NCBI GenBank assembly: GCA_963806535.1
Contig: CAWDYC010000003.1
Location: 440,928-504,927, forward strand
DNA: 64,000 bases
Direction: 5' to 3'
Origin: Candidatus Bathyarchaeota archaeon
GTDB lineage: Archaea; Thermoproteota; Bathyarchaeia; Bathyarchaeales; Bathycorpusculaceae
In this document: piece after piece, positions 31,496 through 40,310 of the stretch
Numbering within the stretch: position 1 is the stretch's first letter
Layout of the letters: each line of letters begins with the position of its first letter
Program-made: the position numbers and the translations under genes
Notes under the pieces: model-generated
What the model was told of the DNA's origin: nothing
Databases searched by the model: none
Seen by the model: only the letters and a program-made list of their open reading frames with translations

Positions 31496-32803
31496 TTATT
31501 TGGGTTTTCTGAAGATTTTTCCTTTATCGTAGTCGCAGACAAACTGGAATCCTCCTTCTAAGCAGTTTGCATGCTTCTTCAAGCGTCCAAGCAACTTTAA
31601 CGACGATAGTCTTGCTCGCCGAAATCTACGAGTTGGGTGTAGCTCATCGTGTTTTTGATGTTTTTGTGGCCGAGCAGTCGCATGACGTGGAGGATGTCTT
31701 TGGTTTTATGGTATTCCATCGTTGCTTTCCAGTGCCTCAAGTGTGTGGAAGGTTATTCCTCCAAGTCTTGGGTTTTTGCTTGTTGATACTGCGATTTTTC
31801 TGCTGCGCTCGAAGAGTCTGGCTGTGGTTTTTAGGTTTGTTCCACCGAAGACGTATTTTGACGTTTTTGGTAGGTCCATCAAGCGTTCTATGAGTCTTTG
31901 AGAGAGCTTTGAGCATTCTGGGGTTGCTGTGTTTCTCGGGAGTTATTCTCACGGTTCTGTTTTCTTTGTCTATGTCAGTCCATTCGAGTTTCCATGCTTC
32001 GCCACATCGTGCGCCTGTTTCCTTGAGTAGCTAACGAATGTTCCTGTCTTTAGTCCGCATGCGGCAATTAGGTAGTCGATTTCGCTTTCTGTTGGAATGA
32101 ATGGTAGTTTTTCGACGGCTCTGTATCTCGGTGGATTCCATGTTCCGCCCACGCAAAGTAGGTAGTTGCTGTAGCATTCGACAATTATTTCCTTACGTCC
32201 TAAGTCACCAGCTGTCTTTTTTGGCGATTATTTCTTTGATTGCTTCGGGTCGTCCAAGTTGGAGTTTTTTGCAAGGAACTTTATGATTTTGACTCTGTCA
32301 AAGATTGTTGATTCGGCGTAGCCTTGCTTTTTTAGCCATAGCAGATAGTTTACGACTTTTTCGGGGATGTTTGCGCTTATCTGCAGCTGTATTGTTTCGT
32401 TTCTCCGCAGAAACCTGTTTCTTTGAGTTTCTGCAACCAAATTTTTCGTCTCCTTGACGCATATTTGGCTAGAAGTAACTATGTCGTTTCCGCTTTTTAA
32501 TGACTTTGATTCAATCCTTTCAAGACGTTCAAACGTGCTCCGAGCTTTTGCGACATCTTGAGGGTCGGAAAATCTGCGCCCACAATCACGACAGTACCAG
32601 CGTTGAATTTCATCTCCAAGTTTTGTGTAGCGTTTGGCATCTCGCCAGACCTTCTTGCTGCTACATCGAGGACAAGAAGGCGATTTAGCCGGAATATCAT
32701 CTGGTTGAGGCTCCAGGCCAAGTGCAGCAAATTCAGAAGCTGCATTGGCAGCCGCCCGTCTCAGTTCTTCTTTTGGCAGCTTTTCTTCCATGGCCTCACC
32801 CAT
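31496..32803 (-). CDS. Tyrosine recombinase/integrase with N-terminal Zn ribbon (several frameshifts)
   Basis: Across frames: CPRC...WYCRDCGRRFS, ETGARCGEA (catalytic R), TPEKHSNPR, HTLRHWKAT (HxxR), LLGHKNIKNTMSYTQL (H and Y), ending IFRKPK-stop. Confidence 0.88.
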
Positions 32804-32805
32804 AT

Positions 32806-33138
32806 TTACTTAGCTCCGTATACCCAAATATCCCTCGCGCAGTACAACTGAGCCTTTTCCGGGGTTTTGCAACAATGATTACGATTTGCAAGAACATCAA
32901 GCGGTGTCCCCTCAAATTCGACAGCCTTGTCGAAACATAGGTAACGATTTGAAAGCGGTATTATCCAGAACCGGTAAACAAGTCGCCAATCAAAATTACG
33001 ATTTTTCAAAACCTGAAATTCAGCGGGTTTTAGCGGTTTTTCCAAGTGACGATTTGCAGCCATACCTCTTGTGTGCAAAAAGGTGCAATTTCTCGCAATG
33101 CCGCAGTAACGATTCTCAGGAAGGTTAAGGTCTACCAT
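32806..33138 (-). CDS. Hypothetical Cys-rich protein of the element
   Basis: Closely packed between the Zn-finger gene and the integrase. Confidence 0.55.
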   Translation of the reverse strand: MVDLNLPENRYCGIARNCTFLHTRGMAANRHLEKPLKPAEFQVLKNRNFDWRLVYRFWIIPLSNRYLCFDKAVEFEGTPLDVLANRNHCCKTPEKAQLYCARDIWVYGAK

Positions 33139-33364
33139 TTAGAACCTCCCGAAACTTATTGAGCTCTTCTATATCCTCTAAAAGGGTTGCTGGCGGTTGG
33201 CTCCGAAGTTGAGGGACCTGGTTTTGAAGTATTCTTTGGCGCCGGAATTGTGCCACTCTATGACGAGTACAACAGAAACGGGCTTTGCTGTTTTTTGCAG
33301 TAAAGGGCTGGTCACAATAACAGCATTGTTTCTCCTTATTCATCAGAAGCCTCCTTCGCTTCAT
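33125..33364 (-). CDS. Small Zn-finger protein (CGNR-like)
   Basis: CCYCDQPF....KARFCCTRHRVAQFRR. Confidence 0.6.
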   Translation of the reverse strand: MKRRRLLMNKEKQCCYCDQPFTAKNSKARFCCTRHRVAQFRRQRILQNQVPQLRSQPPATLLEDIEELNKFREVLNGRP

Positions 33365-35213
33365 TGCTACTTAGTTTGCTGGAAATTTTGACTCCGCAGG
33401 ATCCGCAAAGAAACCCCCATGAATCGTCAAATAGCGTGATCTGCCAATCCGGCCTGCCTTTGACGCCGCATCCAGCACAGCTTTCAGTCCCAAAATCCAT
33501 AGTCAACCGACAAACACTCTTAGCTTTAGCAGCTAACTCTTCAAGAGTAAAGCCTGCGGACAAGTGGACAAGTGGGACAACTTCCTCAGGTGCCTGTGGT
33601 TGTTTTTCAGTTTCATTAGTTTGCAAATTAGGCTCTGTTTGTGAAAATAACGGTTCTTCACCGACTTGATTTTGAGGTTTTTCATCGCCGGCACCATTGA
33701 AACTTGTTTTTGTTGTCCACTTGTCCGCATTTTCCTGTGAAGATACCTCAGCTTTTCCTACTTCCAAGGTACTATCAAGATCAGGCAGTTTGTTTGCTAA
33801 AAGGCAACCATACTTTTTGGCTATGCGCTTGAGCTTCTCATTATCAAAAGAATAGACCCTATCATTATCATGCCCCTGAGCTTTTGTTTTCTTTCCCCCT
33901 AATACTTCACGAAGTCTATAGCCAACTTTTTGCTTTGTTACTTCACCAAACTCAGGCGTATCCATCTTGTTAGGTTTTTTATCGTCGAGTTTTCCCCCAA
34001 GGTCTTTATCTAACCGGTCCCATAAATCAGAGAAGACAAGTGGCTGATCGGGCACAAAAAGCTCGCAAACCACTTTAACAATATGACCTTCTAAGGTGTT
34101 GATTTTCTCGTTCAGCCGCTCCTTCTGCAGTGCCTCCAACTGTGCCCTAAGATCCTTCTCAACCGTTAGTCCATAAACAACTTGGATTATCGGCTTCCAA
34201 AGCTCTTTAAGTCGTCCTTTAACAGGCAATTCAATTTCGGGTAATTCGTTCTCTTTGGTAACCAGGCGCCATTTCAACAAAATGTTTCTTAGTTCTCTTA
34301 GGCGTGCCTCGTCTTCCTTATTTAGATCGGCCCAGTCCTTTCTTGGGTATCCTTCAGTCATGGATATGAAAATGAAGCGTTCAAGCAGACCTTTTACTCG
34401 GGGTATCTCTTCAGCTGCACAGCCTTTCAAGCAGAAGACGCGGAAGTATTTGATGAACCGTTTGTTTTGGGTGATCATTGTTCTTGGGACGACGGCGCCT
34501 TGCTTGTAGCCTGCCTTGTAGATTTTGGCTTTGTCTAAGTCTTTGTAGAGGCCTTGCGCTTCATCCTCAAGGATTGTTCCAGGGCTATCGGAATCCTCTA
34601 AGTAACCGTAAACGTCAGCGGAAGGGATTGTTACGCCCAGCATTGGTCTGTAGCATAGCCAGTTGAGCAGGCTTAAGGCAACTGTTTTACCACTTTCGTT
34701 ATCGCCCACAAAATAAACGTAGGGGACTGTTCGCAACTTTTCTTGTTGGTAGCTGAGAAGAACGAATGCTGCCAAGTAATCCTTCCAGATTGACTCTAGA
34801 TCTAAGAAGAGGTTGAATTCGGCTCTGACTTTCCAGAACAGCTCCTCGCGGTTAGGTGGAGATCCCTCGTAATAACTATAAGGTTCATACGGGAACTCGT
34901 TTGGATATTCTTTCGGTAAGAATTGTTCTTGTTCAGCGGTTACTTCTTCTATTATTTTGAACTCGGTTTTGTTTATAGTTAAGAAGGCAGGTTTAGAGTT
35001 GTAATAGATGGATTCATAATAGCCCTGCTCGGCATGGCCGGATGCTTTGTGGAGTTTTTGCTTTTCTTTGCCTTTGGGGTAGAAATCGTCGCACGCCGGA
35101 TCCGTTATCAGAACAACGCCTCTAATAATGGCATCGTAATATGTGCAGTGACTGCCTTTCACTTTCCAATTAGCGCAATCACGACATTTCTTGCCCTTTC
35201 CTCTCTCAGCCAT
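33336..35213 (-). CDS. Putative replication protein / P-loop NTPase of the element
   Basis: Walker A GDNESGKT, Walker B ILEDE, ERF arginine finger; Cys clusters at both termini; position typical of plasmid-like integrative elements. Confidence 0.7.
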   Translation of the reverse strand: MAERGKGKKCRDCANWKVKGSHCTYYDAIIRGVVLITDPACDDFYPKGKEKQKLHKASGHAEQGYYESIYYNSKPAFLTINKTEFKIIEEVTAEQEQFLPKEYPNEFPYEPYSYYEGSPPNREELFWKVRAEFNLFLDLESIWKDYLAAFVLLSYQQEKLRTVPYVYFVGDNESGKTVALSLLNWLCYRPMLGVTIPSADVYGYLEDSDSPGTILEDEAQGLYKDLDKAKIYKAGYKQGAVVPRTMITQNKRFIKYFRVFCLKGCAAEEIPRVKGLLERFIFISMTEGYPRKDWADLNKEDEARLRELRNILLKWRLVTKENELPEIELPVKGRLKELWKPIIQVVYGLTVEKDLRAQLEALQKERLNEKINTLEGHIVKVVCELFVPDQPLVFSDLWDRLDKDLGGKLDDKKPNKMDTPEFGEVTKQKVGYRLREVLGGKKTKAQGHDNDRVYSFDNEKLKRIAKKYGCLLANKLPDLDSTLEVGKAEVSSQENADKWTTKTSFNGAGDEKPQNQVGEEPLFSQTEPNLQTNETEKQPQAPEEVVPLVHLSAGFTLEELAAKAKSVCRLTMDFGTESCAGCGVKGRPDWQITLFDDSWGFLCGSCGVKISSKLSSNEAKEASDE

Positions 35214-35243
35214 GACAAGCTCCTCTTGAAAGAATGCTCTTGG

Positions 35244-35609
35244 TTAGTTCTTGGGTTTGAGTTTCTGCCGGTAAATTTTGTCTTCGCCGTAGAGCCAATA
35301 GCTGAACTGGTAGCCTTCTCCCTGATAGCGTTCTTTGATCGTTGCGTTGCTGCTTCTCAGAATGTTGTAAGCGCTTTGCCACTTTTCTTGCGGATTGCTC
35401 GCTTTTTGAGCGATTTCGTAGTCGCCTAGTTTTGCGCCTTTTTGGGCTTCAAACCGCATGGTAGTAAAGTTTAGTTCCAGAACGGCAGCAGCTGTTTCTT
35501 TTGTTTTTGCTTTGGGCGGCGCCATGTTTTCCAGGTATTCGTTTGCTGCATCTGCTATCATTAGACTTGCATCTCTTAGCTTAACAAGGAATTCCACTTG
35601 TTTGTCCAT
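35244..35609 (-). CDS. Hypothetical protein of the element
   Basis: 121-aa ORF with GGAGG RBS, co-oriented in the operon. Confidence 0.7.
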   Translation of the reverse strand: MDKQVEFLVKLRDASLMIADAANEYLENMAPPKAKTKETAAAVLELNFTTMRFEAQKGAKLGDYEIAQKASNPQEKWQSAYNILRSSNATIKERYQGEGYQFSYWLYGEDKIYRQKLKPKN

Positions 35610-35613
35610 GCCG

Positions 35614-35766
35614 TTAAGCCTCCATTTCGGTAGGGTCTATCTTTTTTTGTTTATGCTCGTATTCTTCTAGATGCTCATCGATGACTTCGTAGGCTACTTC
35701 GCGGGCTATGGACCTTATTAGCTCTGTTAGCTTTGCTCGATCATTTTTGGGTTCATTGGAAGTCAT
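35614..35766 (-). CDS. Small helical protein (50 aa)
   Basis: Read by hand: MTSNEPKNDRAKLTELIRSIAREVAYEVIDEHLEEYEHKQKKIDPTEMEA; ATGA overlap with the RHH gene; GGAGG RBS. Confidence 0.7.
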   Translation of the reverse strand: MTSNEPKNDRAKLTELIRSIAREVAYEVIDEHLEEYEHKQKKIDPTEMEA

Positions 35767-35942
35767 GCGTTTTCCTCCATGCCCTGCGAGGTTTCTGCTT
35801 TTGACTTGTTTAGAAATTCGTTTAGCGCCGCCCTGATAACTTGGCTTAAGTTCTTGAACTTCCTTTTTCGGATCAGCTCTTCCATCTCTTCTTTTTCATT
35901 AGAGGCTAATCTTAAAGCAATTCTGCAATTGTAATGGTTCAA
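35763..35942 (-). CDS. Ribbon-helix-helix (CopG/Arc-like) regulator, 59 aa
   Basis: Read by hand: (M)NHYNCRIALRLASNEKEEMEELIRKRKFKNLSQVIRAALNEFL; TTG start with GAAGGTG RBS. Confidence 0.8.
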   Translation of the reverse strand: MNHYNCRIALRLASNEKEEMEELIRKRKFKNLSQVIRAALNEFLNKSKAETSQGMEENA

Positions 35943-36014
35943 TTTTTTACACCTTCGTTTGCCGATTGTTTAAATGAATGTCAGACGGATAGGGGGTATT
36001 CTTCGGTGAGAGAG

Positions 36015-36950
36015 ATGCCTGCGCAAGTGGTTTACCAAACAAATTCAGATTTGATTGCATCCTACGAAGCCATGGTTAAAAATCCGCTTGTAGTGGCCGA
36101 CATGACAGAGAAAGGTCTGTTATGGTTCAAGTTCAAAGATAATCATCCCGTTTTTCAGCTGTCGTCTGAGGGAAAGTTGCAAGTTAAGTGGACTGATGTT
36201 TCTGAGAAGAGAACGTTGCATAGGCTTGTTAAGAATCTGCTAATAGCTAAGGCGAACGAAAAACTTGTAATAAAACCCCTTAGACAGCAAACATGGATAC
36301 AATATCCTGCTCCTGAATCATTCAAACTCTATTGGTGCGACATAGAATCCGAATATACGTTAAAGGAGCCAGAAAAGCCCACCACCTCCGATATTCAAGC
36401 GGATAGCGACTTATCTAAAAAAAGAATTTACCCTTGGGCTGAAAAGGAGAAAATAGAGAGAGCAAATGTTATGAAAGCTGTAGATGATTTAAGGCATCAA
36501 TTCAGTTTTTTTAGAGAGCCAACAGTTAATGAGGTAGCATTAAAATCAGGCTGTCTCAATTCGGAGCCCTTGAAACTTGGTTTAATGTTCTCACATTGTA
36601 AACCTGAATCTTGGGAAGGCGCTAGGTGGATCGCTGAGAGGGCAATCAACGTGGCAGGCTGGCTTTCGTTCAAAGAAAAGAACGAACTAAATCCACAGTT
36701 AATAGCCCTAACTCAACAGGCAATCAACAACTCTTCAATGGAAGTTATCGAACGCGCCCAAACTATACTTAAAAACTGTCCTGAAGTGGTACCGAAAGTT
36801 GATGTGACAGAACTGAAATGGCTAGAAGAAACCAAGGAAAAGTGGGTAGAAGTCTTTGGGTATCCGCCTCCTGAACCGCAAAGATGGATCTTGTGGCCAG
36901 CATCTTTAGGAAAAAATAATCCGTTACCAACTTTTTGTCCAAAAAGTTAA
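36015..36950 (+). CDS. Hypothetical protein divergent from the RHH gene; possible TBP-like N-domain and internal HTH
   Basis: ATG at 36015 with GGTGA RBS; GLLWFKFKDNHPVFQLSSEGKLQV; REPTVNEVALKSG. Confidence 0.6.
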   Translation: MPAQVVYQTNSDLIASYEAMVKNPLVVADMTEKGLLWFKFKDNHPVFQLSSEGKLQVKWTDVSEKRTLHRLVKNLLIAKANEKLVIKPLRQQTWIQYPAPESFKLYWCDIESEYTLKEPEKPTTSDIQADSDLSKKRIYPWAEKEKIERANVMKAVDDLRHQFSFFREPTVNEVALKSGCLNSEPLKLGLMFSHCKPESWEGARWIAERAINVAGWLSFKEKNELNPQLIALTQQAINNSSMEVIERAQTILKNCPEVVPKVDVTELKWLEETKEKWVEVFGYPPPEPQRWILWPASLGKNNPLPTFCPKS

Positions 36951-37223
36951 GAAAATCTTAATTTTTAGAAAATAAATAAAGCTGAAATGCGCTCTGAATA
37001 GACAAATCGGATCAATAATGGCCTAACGCTCACAAAAATAGTCCAAGTTTTAAGGTGTTTTTAGCGTAAAACTAGCCTAACTTGCGTGAGAAACAAGAAT
37101 TTTGCGTTGTTTTGTTAATAAAGATTTTTGCATAAGAATTATATAAGTAAAATTATTTTTACTTATCTAATAAGCGTAAATTTTATAAGCTTAGAAGTAG
37201 TAGCTTGCTTGGTTGAAATTCAC

Positions 37224-38993
37224 ATGAAAAGTGATATGGCAGAATGGATAGACCGCCGCTACGACATCCTCTGGGAAGCGTTCGGCGACAAAACCTTCAG
37301 GTTCGAAGACGCAGCCAAGGTCCTAAAGGAAAAAAACAAAGACACTGAGGAGCAGGTACCAGTTTTCCTCTCTCAACTGCGAAAAGCAGGCTTTCTCTCT
37401 GCTGAATCCGATGCCCGGGATGCACGGCAAAAACTTTACCGCTTGCATAGCCGTGAAGCCAAGATTGCTGAAAAACTTGGACGCGGAGACATTGATGCCT
37501 TACTCAAGCGAGCTGCGGATCTAATTCGGACTCGTGTGGATTACAAGTTTATCCTCATACTGCTCTTCATGAAACGCATCAGCGACAAGTGGGAGATGGA
37601 GTTTGAAGAAGCCTACAAAGAAGCCAAAGCCGACGGCCTAAGCGAAGAAGACGCAAGAGCTGAAGCCAAACGAGACGAATACCACCTCTTCAACCTCCCC
37701 GAAGAATACCTCTGGGAAAACCTCCGCAAAAACGTCAGCGGATTAACCGAACAGTTCTCCAAAGCACTCAAAGCCATAGCCGAGCAAAACCCTGAGCTCA
37801 AAGACATCGTAGACAGCGTTGATTTTATCCAGTTTGCAAGCAGCAGAGAAAACGCCGAAACCCTCCGACAACTCGTGGAGCTGTTCAGCGAGAAAAAACT
37901 CAACCACGTCTCCGCCGATGTTCTTGGTGATGCTTACGAGTGGATTCTGCGGTATTTTGCCCCAACCAAAGCTAAAGAAGGCGAAATATACACCCCCCGA
38001 GAAGTCATCAAACTGCTGATTGAGATTCTGGACCCCAAGCCCATGGAGAGCGTGTATGACCCTGCTTGCGGTTCAGGCGGCATGCTAATCGAAGCCTTCA
38101 AGCATGTGGAAGCAAAGTGCGGGTTTGAGGAAGCTCAGAAGCTGTTCTTGTTTGGGCAAGAAGTTAACCAGCGCACAATTGCCTTAGCAAAAATGAACAT
38201 GTACATCCACGACATCCGAGATGCCCACCTGGAGTTTGGCGACACTTTCCTGTATCCCAAGTTCAAAGAAGGCGATGGCATAAAGCAGTTTGATGTGGTT
38301 TTGGCTAATCCCCCATGGAACCAAGACGGCTACGACGAAGAGGTCCTCAAGAAAGCTGAGTTCTACAAAAAACGGTTCGAGCTTCGGTTTTGTCCCCCGC
38401 CAAAGCGCAGACTGGGCATGGATAGAACACATGCTTGCATCCGCCAAAGACAACGGCAGCAGAGTCGGCATAGTCATAGACAACGGCTGCCTATTCCGAG
38501 GCGGCAAAGAAAAAACCATCCGCACCGCAGTCCTAAGCCAAAAACACGACCTCATCGAAACCGTCATACTCCTACCAGAAAAACTATTCTACAACACAGG
38601 CGCACCCGGAGCCATCATAATCTTCAACCAACACAAACCAACAGAACGCAAAGGCAAAGTACTATTCATAAACGCCTCCAAAGAAGCAGAACAACACCCA
38701 GAAGTACGCAAACTAAACAGGCTATGCAGACGCCAACATAAAGAAAATCGCAGATGCATACAAGAATTTCAGCGAAGAAAAAGGCTTCTCACGAATTGTT
38801 CTCCTTCAAAGAGATAGAGCAGAATGACAGCAACCTGAACGTGACACTTTATGTTATGCAGGATGAGGAAAACGAAGGAATTAACATAGCCCAAGAATAC
38901 GCAGAACTCAAAGAACTGGAAAAGCAAAGGCAAGAAGTCGCAAACAAACTTGAACAATACATTTCTGAACTAACCAAGCAATGGGTGACGTAA
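37224..38993 (+). CDS. hsdM: Type I R-M methyltransferase with N-terminal winged HTH (frameshifts ~38380 and ~38730)
   Basis: GEIYTPREV, VYDPACGSGGML, GQE, ANPPWN, LPEKLFYNTG, NLNV. Confidence 0.92.
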
Positions 38994-38994
38994 G

Positions 38995-40303
38995 ATGATG
39001 TTTTACAAAGAAACTGATTTTCAAGAATCACCAATAGGCAAAATTCCCAAAGATTGGGAAGTACCAAAATTAGGAGAAGTTGTTAAAGATCTCATCGACA
39101 TGGAACGACACAAGTCACCTCGAACAAACTAATGGAAAGATGATCATGCGATTACTGACGCTGACATAACGGATAACTAACTAGTGTCATCGAGACAAAT
39201 CACAGATCAATAGCTTTGATGAATAGAGTCACTCAATAGTGCGTAAAGTAAATGGTTCGATTAGTAATGCAATCAGATGCGCCATATTGGAAAGCGCATA
39301 CATTGATGACGTAGCATATAATCAAGACAGCTGTGTAGTAATCCAGTATCTGATACCGAAAGATAGTCTGTCCAGAATTTCTATTTCTATCAATTTCTCA
39401 GAGCATGACAGAAAAGTCTTAAGAGCTTAAGCTCATGGGCAGTACATTCAAGGTGATCCTGAATAAAAGACTTGTGAAGAATTTACAGTTCCATTCCCTC
39501 GTCTAAGAACAGAGAGCGATTGTTGGGGTTTTGGGTGTTGTTGATTCTGCTATTGAGTTGGCTGACCACGTTATTGCGAAGACTGAGCGTCTCAAGAAGG
39601 GTTTGATGCAGCAGCTCCTAACACATGGAATAGGACACACAGAATACAAAGAACACACCAATAGGAAAAATACCCAAAGAATGGGAAGTTATCAAACTTG
39701 AAGAGATGTTGCGTATAGTATCAAAGATGGTATCTGCAAACCAAGCAATATGACAGGCAAAGATACCTTGCGTAAGAATGGACAATATTTGCACGGATCA
39801 AAGTGATCTAATGAACTGCAGTACTTGACGATCAGCGAACCAAGAAGATTAAGCGAAATTGGCTTAGAGCAAGTCGATGCTGTAGTTAATACGTCAATGA
39901 CATCTTAGCTTATCGGCAAGAGCAGGCATTGTACCAAGTGCAAGTATTTGGAAAGATGCTGCATTTGAAACCAAGCATATGCGGATTCACTTCATACAAA
40001 GACAAGATTTTACCATGAATTTCTCTACTAGTTTTTGTCTAATGCAAAAGCTATACTCCAAGCAATATGTCGAAGGCTAAGCAACAGCAGTTGCCCAAGC
40101 AATCATAACATAGTCGACTTAGATGCTGATAAATATTCCTATTCCTCCAACAATTGATGAACAGCAAAAGATTGCAGAAATTCTCTCAACAATTGATAAG
40201 AAACTGCAGCTTGAGAAAGAAGAGAAAAGTAAAAGTTGAGAGAATTAAGCAGGGTTTGATGGATTTGCTTCTTACTGGTAAAGTTAGGATTAAGGTGGAT
40301 TGA
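38995..40303 (+). CDS. hsdS: Type I R-M specificity subunit; conserved segments readable, both TRDs disrupted
   Basis: PIGKIPKDWEV (N-terminus); EQRAIV...LKKGLMQQLLTHGIGH...PIGKIPKEWEV (centre); IPIPPTIDEQQKIAEILSTID...KQGLMDLLLTGKVRIKV (C-terminus). Confidence 0.88.
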
Positions 40304-40310
40304 TGTAGTT

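Noticed and set aside
31259-31532. ORFs of 70 and 89 aa spanning the tRNA-Ser locus
   Set aside because: They overlap a well-formed tRNA gene and attL and have no protein motifs.
38995-40303. Diversity-generating retroelement or invertase shufflon acting on hsdS
   Set aside because: No reverse transcriptase, template repeat, second hsdS copy or flanking inverted repeats are visible; the internal similarity is the ordinary HsdS duplicated conserved motif.
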